NCBI RefSeq assembly: GCF_037042905.1
Contig: NC_087250.1
Location: 6,698,001 to 6,762,000 of the forward strand
DNA length: 64,000 bases
Reading direction: 5' to 3'
Source: Lytechinus pictus
Lineage: Eukaryota
Shown piece by piece: positions 50,773 through 64,000 of this stretch (its first letter is position 1; every line of letters starts with the position of its first letter). The notes beneath the pieces are model-generated. The model was not told the DNA's origin, did not search any database, and was given only the letters and a program-made list of their open reading frames with translations. The translations under genes and the position numbers were made by a program.

Positions 50773-51469
50773 GTAAGCATATGTGTATTATGCTGTTGTA
50801 TATTACTTTTGTAAATTTCCGGTTGCTATATAACTACAACATTATCAGGGCCGGATCCAGCTTTCACTAATGGAAGGAGGGGATTTTTTCCACATGTTCC
50901 CACATGATATTTGCTTCTTTTATGGGTATTCACAACTAAAGACTGAACTTTTACGTACACATTAACTTTATTAATGCGAGCGTGAAGACCCAGCTGAATT
51001 TTGTTCGTGTATTTAGACCTTGCAATTTAATATTTTGAACAATTTATAATCATGATCAAGATGTATCAAGCTAAACAATATATGATTGTACTGAGCTCTG
51101 GCAGAGAATTTCCATAAACTTACTTTAAAGTGGACCTGTTTAGAACTGTTTGCAGTGACTCATTTTAAAGAAAAATCAAACAAGTAGATTAAGTGAAAAA
51201 TTAGATAATATCATACAAACAAGAAAGTTTTGATTTTTCAAAACTTCCAACAGTTTTATTTAATTTAGCGTTGGAGACTTTAGATTGGCCCCATATGATA
51301 TGTTATAGTGGTGTAAGGCAACTTTTCAAAAGGGTCAAAATGCCATTATTTAAAAAAGTCTCACTCAAATTATTCTTTCTTCAAGAATAATATCAAACAA
51401 CGTATGCTACTCTCTTTATATATTCATTACTGTGCCAGGGGGAATCGGTACTTGGAAAAAACTTTCAAC

Positions 51470-52467
51470 TTTCAAAGTTATGATGCCAATTCAAATATAC
51501 CCCCAACACGGCCCAAGTTTATTGACTCTAAATTACCTTTGATCTTAGTCATGTGACCTGACACTCACACATGATATTTATATATTCATGGTTACTCTTA
51601 TGTTCAATGTTTTATGAACTAGATCCATAAACTTTTAAAGTTATGACACTTCCACAAATACCCCCAACATTATCAAAATTCGTTGACCCTAAGTGACCTT
51701 TGACCTTTATTAGTCATGTGACCCGAAACTCGCACAGGAAGTCCAGGGATACTCAATTGATCTTTTTTATATCAAATTTCATGAACTAGATCCCCTAAAA
51801 GTTCAAATTTATGATGAAAATTCCACAAATAACCACAGCATGGTCAAAATTCGTTGACCTTGGTCATGTGACTTGAAAATCACGCAGGATCTTTGGTGAT
51901 ACACTATTACCCTTATGTTTAGGTTTCATGAACGAGGTCCTTATACATTCTAAGTTATGAGGACATTTCCAAAACTTAACCTACGTGATTCAATATAGCA
52001 ACAGTGCAAAAACAGTTGTTGAATAATTGTTCACAAAAGAAAACATTCATCTGATAATAAAATGCTTTGTCCATTGACCCAACATGACCTTTGGCTATAA
52101 TCACGTGACCTAAGTCGTGTCCAAAACATACTTAATATCCCTAATGTCTATCTTTTATTAAATTCATGTGTAGATCCATTAACTTTCAAAGTTATGCCAA
52201 TTGAATAGATATCCCCAACACGGCCAAAGTTCACTGACCCTAAAAGACCTTTGACCTTGATTATGTGACTTGAAACTCAAAGAGGATATTAAGTAATTGC
52301 TTATTACCCTTATATTCATGTTTCAAATATACTTTTAATTTATGATGACATTTAAAAAAAACTTAACCTTGGTTTAGATTTCAATGTTGACAACGCCGCT
52401 TTTACGACGGCGGAGGCGGCGCGCCGCCGCCGTCGGAAAAGCGGCTGCTGTGCAGGCGATACAAAAA
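51470..52467. repeat. Interspersed repeat with internal TGACCTTTGACC-type tandem units
   Basis: Repeated atacccccaaca..gttcactgaccc..gacctttgacct..gtcatgtgacc units, ending GCAGGCGATACAAAAA. A similar family occurs in opposite orientation at ~22850-23320. Confidence 0.7.
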
Positions 52468-52873
52468 CGGGAATTTATATTTATTTTGAACGCTTACTGG
52501 TTGCATTGATCTAGTGTCGCAACACTACACTGACGAAACACAAAAGGTATTCAATGTATTTTTACCCAGTAGAATTTAAATTTGTAATTTTCTTATTTTT
52601 TGATTACCACATTTAGATATGGCGCCCAGTTTCGGTAATGTTCTAATGTTTATTTGAAATTAGCCGTAAGAGTACCTTGTTACGATACTGCAACAAATAA
52701 CAATGTAATGTTTTTTAATTTGATTTCCTTTTCTTTTATTACAGGAGTTGATTATACATAAGAAATAAACATAATAATGGTCTTACGTCTCTTGAAATTG
52801 TGATAATAATCCAAAGTAAAATCCAAGTTGGCTGGCGAAGATTCCTTAAATTAAAGTTTACGATGATGGCGAT

Positions 52874-52999
52874 CAGTAGCGTACCGTGAGCCGGAGGAGA
52901 CAAAGCATTGGGGGGGGGGCACTGCATTGTTCACAGACAATGCAGTGCCCCCCCCCCCCCCCCAATGCTTTGTCTCCTCCGGCTCACGGTACGCTACTG
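52874..52999. mobile_element. hAT-type hairpin MITE (126 bp)
   Basis: Near-perfect palindrome CAGTAGCGTACCGTGAGCC...GGCTCACGGTACGCTACTG with 8-bp TSD ATGGCGAT. Confidence 0.9.
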
Positions 53000-54339
53000 A
53001 TGGCGATGATGAAACTGATGTTGAAGCACAATGAATAACAATAGTCATTGTAATGAGTTGAAATGTCCGTGAAGACGATGTTGATGATGATTAACAGTCA
53101 ATTTCAGCAATCCATGGGTTGAAGAGTGTTCATTAAAACTGGTTGATGATCTCTATGAGAACTGAGAATTCCTCTCTCAAAATTACTGCAAACAGTTCAT
53201 TGATGGCGGGCAAATAATTCCACAGAAGATAAATAATCCAGGTGGAAATAAAGTCTGCTCTGACATAAAGTCTGGCATGATCGAAACTTTAAGTTCTGAT
53301 CTGATATGATATTATCCGATCTGATATGATAATGTCCTTTAAGAAACTGCCAGCTTATATATACAAACTTCAACTATTCTGGAAGTTTATAGTATTCACT
53401 ATATATTAAGAACATTCTTCTTCTTTCTGGAGCAATCAAATTCTAAAACATTCTTGAATGACCTCAGTGAAATTAACAATTGTAAACAAAATAGCTAATT
53501 CTATCGTCCATTTTCCACTGTGGACAGACTCTATTGTTTACATTCTCTATTGTTTGCAAATTCCAGAAATAACCAAGATTATTCAAAGATTACTCATGTC
53601 TAACAAAGCTGTACTATAGAGCCTTCTGGAACATTTTTAATCATTCCATGCTATGAATATCCTTAAAGGGGAAAATAACTAAATAAACTTTACATATTTA
53701 GTAATTGGATATTGGAAAGCAACTTATAATATCATTATACATCATATCCTATAATTTTCAGCCCATCCCATTCTTGAGAATGTATTTTATATAGACAAGA
53801 CAATAATAAACAGGGGTGCATCCGTTTGCATTACAGTTTGATGTAAAATGGGTAAATCTTTTTCAATAAAACAAATTTTCTTCTTGAAACTTCACACCAC
53901 GAGCATTTTGGGGCACATATATTGATAAGATATCGTAATCAATTGGAACAGTGACATTCGATTTTCTTTTTTGGGGGTAGCAAAACAAGAGATAGCCTTG
54001 GGGTTTTTTCAGTAATATATATATATATGGGTGTGTTCGTGTGTGAATATATTTCATATAATTCGGATTTTGTTCAGAATTTCTCCTCTGAAATAATGTT
54101 TCTTTAAGAGTATGAATATTCAATATGAAACATCACCTTTGATTTATTTATTATCGCGGTTTTTTTTTTTTGCGGGGGGGGGGGGTCGGCGGGGGTTGGC
54201 TGAAATACATTTATTTTTTTTTTTACGAAATGCATTAAAAGTGTGAAGAATAAATCTGATCCCAAAATTATTACATGAACCAAATAGGTTTTACACAACA
54301 TAATTGTTATCCATCTTTGCTATTAATATTTTCCTTCAG

Positions 54340-54839
54340 ATAACCGCATGTCGTCTGTCTTCCAAGATGACTTCTAGAATGTGGCCATGTCTTACATCTT
54401 TCAACTCACTGAAGCATCTTACCATCTCAGACTCATCTCTCAGTTTCTCTTCACCTCCTGAGCTACCATCGGTCACAAAACTATCAGCAAAGAGTGTGAC
54501 GTCACATTGCTATGAAGGTCTGATTTCATCGCTCCCTGGTTTGGAAGATATCGATATCATTATGGATGATGCAGAGGGAGACATGACCCATATCACCGCT
54601 GGTCTTCGTCAGACGGGAGGGCAGAATCTCAAACATATATATGTTTATGGTCCGTCGTCACTTTCACCAGAGAGGAGCCGTGTATCGATAGAGACAATGA
54701 GAGGACTGGGTCTGTCCATCAAAGAACATACACAGAACCTGCAGGAGCTCCATCTGCGATGTGTAGATTGTACAAACGAGGATGCCTTAGTTTACCTAAT
54801 GGAGTGCTGCAGACGTGTGAAGACGATGCAATACGTTAG
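54340..54839 (+). CDS. Internal exon (LRR module 3)
   Basis: ttccttcag|ATA ACC GCA TGT... and AG|gtaagt. 500 nt, phase 0-2. ITACRLSSKMTSRMWPCLTSFNSLKHLTISDSSLSF...TQNLQELHLRCVDCTNEDALVYLMECCRRVKTMQYV. Confidence 0.85.
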
Positions 54840-57586
54840 GTAAGTTCTTGCTTATGAAAACATATTTTGTTGATACAATTTAAATATCAATCCCATGCAG
54901 TGTTTCAATTTCTACAGTGTTCATATTACATGTAAACTATTTCCTGTAAATATTCGGATACATTTAGAGAACAAACGGTACCATTCTATTTTAAACAAGG
55001 ATAGTGTCATCGGGTAGGCTACTCTTAGAATTGCCATTTGAAATGTCAAGTCATCAAATATATTTCAGTGCATACAATTTGGTGTTAAATAGCTTTACCC
55101 TCTCATTAAATGTTCCTTTTATGTAATAGCACCAGCATGCAAATTTGAATTTTACTAGTTTAATCATAACTTTTTTATAAGCTCCAGTAGCCTGCTATCA
55201 ATAGTTGTTCATACCTAACTCGCAGTCAGTGTGAAATATTCGATTTGTACAATTACCACCGGAAGCAATTACCCCCCCCCCCCCCCCGAGGACAATAACC
55301 CCCTAGACAAAGGGAGTGCACAGAATCATACGTCGGCCGTACGTTTGAAGTAAGAAGTACTCAAGGCATTCTCGATTATATTGGAATCAAACGAACGCTC
55401 TAAGAAAGCTGTAAAAGTGAGCTCCATCCATTGGCAGCTTGCGCTATGCGCTCGCATTATTTGATTTGCCAAATTATACAACAAACTATTTAATACCCCC
55501 CCCCCCCCTTTATGACATTTTACCAAAAATTTCGTCTCACCATTTGTGCTCGCATTTTTGTTATAGATATATCAACTCACAAATCCTATTAAGGATTACA
55601 AAGTGCTTGAAATATCCAGTTTTCAGGCTTCAGTGTCAACACATTTCACTCACTCATTAGGCCTAATACATTAACTCTAACCCTGCCAGCCCGAATACCC
55701 CTCTACTGCCAGGGATATTCGAGGGAGTCCTAATTTGGCAGAAAATCGAGCAGCGACTGATTTAAAAACGGTCATAATTCTTTACCCGTACGTTGTATAA
55801 TGAAACCTTCTACACATGAAATGATGCATGGTTCATGGGCTTTATGATCGTGTTATTATCTTTCGTATTCGCGTTTGGAAAAATGGAGAAAAGATGTAAT
55901 ATTTTACATCGTTTTTTCAATAAGTAAAACCTAGAAAATTATGATTTCATGAACATTTCAAAGAGTAAATAACCTGAGGAATTGTAAAGATACCAAGAAA
56001 TTAAGAAGATAAAATGAACGTTCAATGTTTACCGTTTAAAATGACGTATCTATGAAATTGAACAAACAGAAATAACGAAAAATAATGCTCTTTTGAATGA
56101 AATACTATTTTGCTATTCAAGTTTTTTCCTCAGAAGTACGAGATAGTATAAATAGATGAGTGGCAAGAAGCCAAAAAGTGGTTTATTTCTTGACTTTAAT
56201 CCCCCCGGCTGGATCAAAGCAAAATCATACATCAAATTAAAGGAAATTTTCTGAATTTTTCGGAATTGGGCATTAAAAATGACGTAATATGTAGCATCAC
56301 CATGGAAGCCAGCCTTGATTAAGCCACGCCCATTTTAAATACTTATTGAATATTTATCGTGAATATTGATTTTTTACTCATAAATTTAAATTATCAGGAA
56401 TGTTTTCTTATTTTTAAAGGATAGTTCCACTATATATTGTAAGAAGAATTACTGAATAACAACTGAATTTATGAATATTTTCTCTGAAATTGTTGCCTAG
56501 CAACATAACTTTCCTTAGCAACCATTTAGCTCCTTAAGTAAACCACTTATTTTTCCATTTCAAACCTAACTTTTAACTTTTTAACTAGGTTAGATTAAAC
56601 CTAATAAGTTACACCAATGAAATTCTATAAAGTATTATTGAAAAATAATAAAAAGAACCGAAAACCCCCACTTTAATTATTGCAAACCTAAAATAAATTT
56701 GATAAGCTCTACTAAACATACCCCTTTCACATCGTACAAATCGCCATATTATTGTTCATTTTGACTACATTGACAGTCACATACTCTATACTATTTTGTG
56801 GTGAAAAAAGTGGATTGAGTTAATAATACCTGATCAATTAACATGCAGTATCTTGTCTTCAATAGAACAACAACAAAATTACCATTTCACCTTACCCATG
56901 GATACCAATTCATTGCCTAGCAACGACTATTTTCCATAGCAACGACTATGATAACACTCTCCTCCCTGGACAAATCTGTGTAAAAATAGTTCATTATGAG
57001 CAATAATACTCACAAAATTATCATATAGATGCCTACAACCTCATTTTCAATAATCATTCAACAAACTGACTATTTTTTAGCTTCCATGGAGACAAATGTG
57101 TTGCCTAGTAACAATATTCCCTAGCAACAGCTATGTTACCACTCGTCATCTCGGTCAAATGTGCTGAGGAAGTTGTGCCTTAGAGTAAACATATTGAGAA
57201 AATTAACATATGATAGTTTGTTAAACAGTATTCAGGAATTTACCATCATCTACTGACACAATTCCATTGCCTAGCAACACTATTTACCTTAGCAACGATG
57301 TATTTTTCCCTTAAACAATCTTGATGAAAATAATCCACTTTTAAGTGTACAGTACCATTTGTAAAGGGATGGTCTAGGCTGTAAATATTTCTATCTAAAT
57401 AGATAGAGTAAAATTCACAAAGCTAAATGCTGAAAATATCATCAAAATCGGATAACAAATAACAAAGTTATTGAATTTTAAAGTTTATCAATATAGTGTG
57501 AAAACCTTTATATCCACATTGTCATGAATATTCATTAGGTGGGCTGATGATGTCACATCCCCACTTTCCTTTTTCTTAGTTTATTA

Positions 57587-58418
57587 CAGGGGTTCTCAAA
57601 CTACGGCCCGCAGGCCGGATCCGGCCCGTGGAAATTCTCAATCCGGCCCGCGAGACTCTGCGGGGGGGGGGGGGAGGGGGGGGGGGTTAAAATCATTTTT
57701 AAGTCACAATATGAAACAAAGCTCAATATGATTACATTGTGAATCCATGTAGACCTAACCGTAATACAAGTAATGGCAGTCAAATTAATTTGACTTTTAA
57801 ACAAAGTTTAGTGAGTGGAGTCTTTTCTGTCTGTTTGATCTGCTTTCTTATTAGATATCCAGCGCTGTTCTCACCATGTTTGGATCTACATATACAGGTG
57901 CGAAAGTGCATTTTGCACAATGAACAGTTTAGAGAACTAACACATACCGAAGTACCTTGACAGGGGCCTCAGAACGGTTTTCAAAGTGGGGGGGGGGGGG
58001 TTGGCCATGCCAAAAATCACAATCATATGGTCATTTTTATGTTTTTACATGGTTGGCCCCTGCTTGACCAGTGAACATTTGGCAATTACACCTTTTGTGC
58101 CAAGGTTCAAGCAACTTGTTGCTGACAGACTGTCACGTTTCCCATATTGAAAGGGACTTAGACTAGGAGACTCTCGCTGTATTTTGAAATATTTTCTAGT
58201 TTTGCCTGCGTTCCACATGAAACTGTTATAAATTTGTAGGATTAAATGCTCCAAAAATAAGAGCCAGATTGCATAAGAGAGCATCTAGGACCCCGACCTC
58301 AAGGGTCTTTGCGCTTCGCGCACATATTTTTTCTTCTAAGTATCCACTTCACCCTGGCCCTTTCAGGTTTACTTGGAGTCCTATCTGGCCCTTCAAGGAA
58401 AAAGTTTGAGAACCCCTG
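57587..58418. mobile_element. hAT (Charlie-like) non-autonomous element
   Basis: TIR CAGGGGTTCTCAAACT / AGTTTGAGAACCCCTG with subterminal CGGCCCG repeats. Truncates a Kolobok-like fragment starting ~57362. Confidence 0.75.
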
Positions 58419-58420
58419 TA

Positions 58421-59182
58421 GAATCTAGACCGTTCTTTTTCATAAAAAGAACATGCTTCCAAAACAAATTCAAAATTTGGAGCAAGGAATATCATTCTGA
58501 AGAAGCTGGGAAACAGATGGGGAATTGAGAGATGCCAGATCTATCTGTACCACAGCTCTTGCTCTATGCTTCTCCACTGCTGAGTACGCAGCACTTGGTG
58601 ACAAGTCTTGAATGGAGCTTGCAGAGCCATCACTGGCTGTTTGCGACTAACAGAAGTGAGCAATCTTTACCTTCTCTGTATTATTGCCCCACCGCACGTC
58701 AGAAGAGAAGTCATCAGCACAGAAGAAAGAAAAAACAATCAAAAGGGTACTATTCCACTCGTCAACCATGAACCTGCCAAGAGGCTCAAATCTAGACACA
58801 GTTTTCTCCGCTCAACAGAATCCCTTGACATGCTTGATGACTCTGTACGCATGAAATCGTCACCCTCTGGTCTAACAATCTCCAGTCTGCGATGCACAAT
58901 CTCACCTATGGACTTAGTACATCACTCTCCAGGTCTAAGTGAAAAATGGCCTACCTGATCTTGTTTAAATCGCCTATAGGGCTACAATAGGGATGGAGAA
59001 ACTACCTGCAACTGTAAGGATGATCATAGGATACAACACTTTTGTGTCTGCTCCCTCCTACCAGAGCTATGAACTGCCACTGCCTTTGCCTTTGCCATTG
59101 CACTATAATCTTTTCACAGGAAAGCTCCATGTAGATCTTGTACCATTAACAGGACATGACATCTTTAATGAACTACGAAGAA
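58421..59182 (+). mobile_element. RTEX/RTE-like non-LTR retrotransposon 3' relic
   Basis: Broken frames read LDRSF..KEHASKT...ARNIILKKLGNRWG, TTALALCFSTAEYA, LNGACRAITGCLRLTEVSNLYLLCIIAPPHVRR, RLKSRHSFL and SCLNRL. Ends in ...TACGAAGAAG. Confidence 0.8.
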
Positions 59183-59856
59183 GTGTGTCATTAATTATCT
59201 GACTGGTAGAAGACACCTATTTATGGTAATCTGACATTTGGAAGGGGGAGGGGGCAGGGACTTAATTGGTTCCTGATGGGGTTGTCGGTTAGGCTAAAAC
59301 TTTTAAGGTGAAATTGCAATTTGACAGTGAAAGAGCAAAGATATTCGATGCTAACAATCTTACCTTATATCTACACACCCCCATAAAAAGCCACGTTTTG
59401 TAGAGATAAATTCGTGCACACCTAGGATCCCATTTGGTCATAGTACATGTCACAATCTTGATTCCCTATCCTTTGCCAACAGAGTCTGATTTGGTAGTCT
59501 AGTCGGGCAGCCTTTATAATGATAATTAGATTCCTTTCTGAGGTGCTATGTAGACCTCCTGTATATTGCAATGCTAGGCATGCACTTAGGTGTTTTCTTT
59601 TGTATTCTTGGCTTGACTGTAATTGTAATTCAGTGTGATTTAATCAGTCTGCAGCCAGCTCTCCTCCTGAGAGGACCTGTTTTACGAGCTGGTGTAGCTC
59701 CGGGTAGCCACACCCGTTATACCCCTTTAGGTGTTAACAAGATTTGCTGACAGTAAGTTACTTTTATTTTGACAAGTATATAGAATAAATATAGTGAACC
59801 AGTTGACTTTATTGCCACAATATAAGAGGCATTTCTCTTATTTAATATAAAATATC

Positions 59857-60325
59857 AAAAATATTTAACATGTTATTTAGCTTGTGAGCTTTTGCTTTTG
59901 AAAGGACATTTACTCCTTAAGAGTAGGAAGTGTAATTTTGTTAAATGTTTTAAGAGCATTGGCATGTCTTACATTTATAATAGAACAAGTGCTTGCAGAT
60001 ATATGATATTTTTGTGCCTCTAACTCATGCATTATTGAATTGATTGATTAAGAGTCATATTGGAGTTTTATATAGATTAGGGCGTGGCCTAAAAAATATT
60101 TAACATGTTATTTAGCTTGTGAGCTTTTGCTTTTGAAAAGACATTTACTCCTTAAGAGTAGGAAGTGTAATTTTGTTAAATGTTTTAAGAGCATTGGCAT
60201 GTCTTACATTTATAATAGAACAAGTGCTTGCAGATATATGATATTTTTGTGCCTCTAACTCATGCATTATTGAATTGATTGATTAAGAGTCATATTGGAG
60301 TTTTATATAGATTAGGGCGTGGCCT
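59857..60325. repeat. Near-perfect tandem duplication, period 235 bp
   Basis: 59857-60090 vs 60092-60325. I see one substitution (gaaagg/gaaaag). Confidence 0.95.
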
Positions 60326-61149
60326 TTAAACTTGTGCGACTGCTAAGTTGATACTTTAATATAGACCCTATGTATTCTTCTAAATATTGGGTGTCTCCTT
60401 TTTTCAGGCGGCCGTTACGTTACATTAAATTACGCCACGTTACAGTGTTTTTCTACCAGATTATTGGTCTTACTACATTACAATATTTCTACAAACAGAT
60501 GTGTACGGCACTTCATATATTCTAAACAATGTACATCTAGCGTTCCATAGACGTCTTCAGTTCGTCGCCCCATATCTACGGAGAACTGTATCAACGTTAA
60601 CATTGACTATTGTGCTGCGGTAGCTCTCGGGGAGCTAGTCCTTCAGGTTCCACTTCAAGATTCTCCAAACCTCCGAAGTTTTAGTGACTGTTTTGAAGAG
60701 ACATTTAGAACACTTTACAGCTTCAACGGTACCCTTATAATATAAAGAACACTCGCGACGTAATATTAATTTTGGGTTAAGAGAGGGAGCTTGTGTTTTT
60801 TTGTAATTTGGCATTTGCCATTATGTGATTTTCTATTGATTTACACTTTGTACAAGGCTCTGTTTTGTAAAGACTTCGCTAATTTTGTTATGAAAGGATT
60901 CAGGATTTTTTAAAAATAAAGTTTATTTAAACTTTATTTGATGGCTGCTCTCTAATTCTTGAGTCATTTGTGAATTGTGGGTGGTCAAGCAACCCGGTAT
61001 TTAGATTTTTAATGAGTCGACACAATTGCCTTTGAACTTAAGTTTTTTTACCTGAATTGTAAAAATCCATTCTTCAAAGTTAATTCGTGACAGTATACTG
61101 CATGATTCTAAACGGTAATATTTGCTCAGTGCCTATCTTCTCGGGTCAC

Positions 61150-62000
61150 TACACAAGTCATGTGTAGTAGAGGGTTCAAGCAAGATCTGGCTTTTGGGTT
61201 GAACGACTCCAGATCTTTGGCAGCGCACGGCTCTGGTAGGAGGGATGGGGGGGGGGGGGGCAGACCAAAAGGTGATGCACTTTCTGATCCTCTCCTAAGT
61301 CGTAGATAGTGTCTGCATCCCTGCTCAGTGTAGCCCCGAACTGCATATTAAGGACTTTGCACCTTCCTGTTCCAGACCATAGGCGATTGAGACATAGCCA
61401 GGATGGCCATTCGTCACTTGTACCTGAGGGCCAGATTCGCTAGGTTACATGGAAAGCTTTTGCATCACAGACTAGAGGTGGTTTGACCATAGGGGGATCC
61501 TTTGGCTGTGTGCATAGTCATCAAGGGATTCAGTCAAGTGAAGGAAACTGTCTTGATTCGAGTTTCTTTTTGACAGGTTCAGAGTTAAAGAGTGGAAGAA
61601 GAAGGACAATTTTTTGCTTGTTTTTCCACCTGTGCTGATACCTCTATGTGTGGGGGACTGTGTCACACAATAGGTAAAGATCATTTACTCTCTTTTGGTA
61701 GCAGACAGTCGGAAATTACTCTGCAAACAGCATTCAGGACTGGGTTAAATTTGTAGAATACAGCAGAGCTGTTGAACGGATGGTTTGGCATCAGCTCCCC
61801 ATATCGTGCTAGCAAGCCTCTTTTTGATGTTGTTCCTTTCTCCAGCTTTTGCCATTTTCAACACCATCTGACCATCATTTCACGGTATCAGTTACAAACA
61901 AAAAAATCAATACAAATTTTCAAAAAGAAAAAAGGCCTATTTGTTATGTATTACTGGTCTGACCAAAGTATCCACCTGTTAACATTTTACGCGACTACAT
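61150..62000 (-). mobile_element. Second, more decayed RTEX-like relic
   Basis: Minus strand fragments KRLASTIWGADAK, LNAVCRVISDCL, DLYLLC and WLCLNRLWSGTGRCK. Confidence 0.65.
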
Positions 62001-63099
62001 TATTTTGTTCGTGCCACAAGTCATGAACAATAGATGCACAGACTTTCTTTCATGAGGAATCTCTAATCTGAGCTCCCTCCTGACCTATTATCTAGGAGAG
62101 TAATTTAGCACAGGATGTTTATAAGAATCGGGGCTCACGCGCGTCTTTTGATTTGACTTTTGAATACTTTCAAAGGTTCCAGTATTTATTTCTTTTTACA
62201 TTTTGCTTTTTAATGGGTGACCCAGGTAAAGAGAAAACAATTTGCCCCCCTACAGAAAAATCCTGCATCCGCCCAGGGCCTCCCCAGCTCGTATAGCACT
62301 ATCCGTGGTAAAAAATAATTTGATCAGATAACATAATTTACAATAATAAGCGTGGTATAAAGAAATGTAATATTCAACCCTTTATCGTCGTTATCATTTT
62401 CATTTCTACTCTCTAAAGCCGTTTTAAAATCCCCTTGATAGTGACGTCAATGATGCAGCAACTAACAGGTCGGTCTGATGGGTTTTGTTAATGTATCCCT
62501 TTATTTCTTTTCCTCAAAACATCAGATATTACTGTATATACTCCATTTAAATTTTCTCTAACCAGTGGTTTGATTTAGCAAAGTAAAAACATCCACCTTG
62601 AAAAAAAGTATGTTTTGAGACAATTAAAGCGGTATTATCGGCCGTTTTAATTATCACATTTTTTTTTTAAGGAGAATATTGAACGATTCATATTTTTGTG
62701 AGAAGTTTGAATATGATATTGATAAGCGTAACAATGTCAATCATTCTTTTTTTTTATAATGGTTTGGGCTATAAAAACACAAATGGATATGAACCGTTAT
62801 TTACCTGATCTTAAATTTATGAAGAGAGAGTTTTGCTGCAGAAGGAATGCAATTGATATGATTAGAACAATTATTTTTTGATAATAATCATAATGATGAT
62901 GATGAGTCTGATGGCAATAATATTAATTATAATAAGAAGGTGAAGAAGAAAAACATTGATAATAATGATACTAATAATAAAAAAATGACAATAACTAGAT
63001 TTTAATTCTTCATGCGGACGAATTAGGTGGTCTGTCGTGGACACAAAAATAGATAAACAGACATAATTATTTAAACAAATGAGTAGAAATTAGATTGAA

Positions 63100-63223
63100 A
63101 GATAAATAGACAGAAAGAAATACATATTTGAACAGATACACATAAGGGAGATATATAAATAAATAGATGGATGGAAAGATAAATGATAAGTGGATAGATT
63201 AATATAAGATGGATTATATCTTG

Positions 63224-63286
<63 letters not shown>

Positions 63287-63470
63287 TAGATAAATAGATA
63301 GATGTAGATATATATATAAACAGATAAATACTTATTTGATAGATATACATTAGATAGATAGAGAGAGAGACAGAGAGACAGACATACATACATACAGACA
63401 GAAAGATAGAGACAGGCAGATGGATGGATGGATGGATGGATGGATAGATAGATAGATAGATAGATAAAAG
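63100..63470. repeat. Compound microsatellite (TA)n/(GATA)n/(GATG)n/(CATA)n
   Basis: Direct inspection. Confidence 0.95.
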
Positions 63471-64000
63471 ACAAAAGAGGTGATAAAGTGAAGTGATTAA
63501 ATAAAGCAATGTAAGAAAAAATAGCAATACCATTGATCATGATCTTTATCATGATCATTACGATGAAGACTTACCATAGATAATGGATGTAATAAATAGG
63601 AAACACCAAGATGGAGACTTGCATCATGACTACAGTGCGTCAAAAAAAAAACTATACACTTTTGAAAGGGCTACCAAACAAAAAAATATGTCACTTTGGG
63701 GGAGGGGATATCTATATATATATGAAAAGCCAATAAAGTCAACTTTCAGATGACACAAAAAAGTTGGAAAACTATTAATGCTTGAGTAAGCACTACCCAC
63801 TTAAACAAAGGGTATGAAAATTAGGTTGGGCAGGAATTAGCCTTCCGATTTCTTTCAGTTTTTGAGAGTCGAGTCCCTTGGAACTAGCAAACTCGAGGGT
63901 GTGGTGATAAATTAATGGTAATTCATTATCAATTTACATTGTAAGAGCAAATTTCATGAATTATCAAATTGAAATTTCATGCGTGCATGAGTAAGCGTGG

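Noticed and set aside
53090..53665. Possible reverse-transcriptase relic (minus strand, NVPEGSI)
   Set aside because: A single weak motif among many stops.
60408..60745. Candidate downstream exon (strong acceptor ttttttcag; a 64-codon open frame ending NGTLII*)
   Set aside because: No similarity to the micro-exon or LRR exons and the phase cannot be established; needs transcript data.

Overview
AT-rich, intron-rich animal genomic DNA. The repeat families and the protein type suggest an echinoid (sea urchin), which is inferred and not proven. The only supportable host gene is a + strand fragment of a leucine-rich-repeat protein, most like the C-terminal LRR region of echinoderm NLR-type immune receptors. 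It is built from repeated two-exon modules, each a large LRR exon (phase 0-2) plus a 49-nt micro-exon (phase 2-0). The exons at 28920-29440, 31272-31320, 43041-43342, 50724-50772 and 54340-54839 splice into one open frame of 473 codons. No start or NACHT exon is visible. The rest is a dense, often nested set of non-autonomous mobile elements. (1) A 4.26-kb Polinton/Maverick-type foldback with AGTAGT ends, a 6-bp TSD, ~2-kb arms and telomere-like repeats. (2) A Transib with RSS-like ends (CACAGTG heptamers, 12/23-spaced nonamer-like motifs). (3) Penelope remnants with minimal hammerhead ribozymes, one inside a perfect 108-bp-arm palindrome. (4) piggyBac, Tc1/mariner, Academ, Kolobok, Harbinger, hAT and Mutator-like elements. 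(5) L2 and RTEX LINE relics, satellites and local duplications. Most short ORFs in the supplied track are low-complexity or repeat artefacts.
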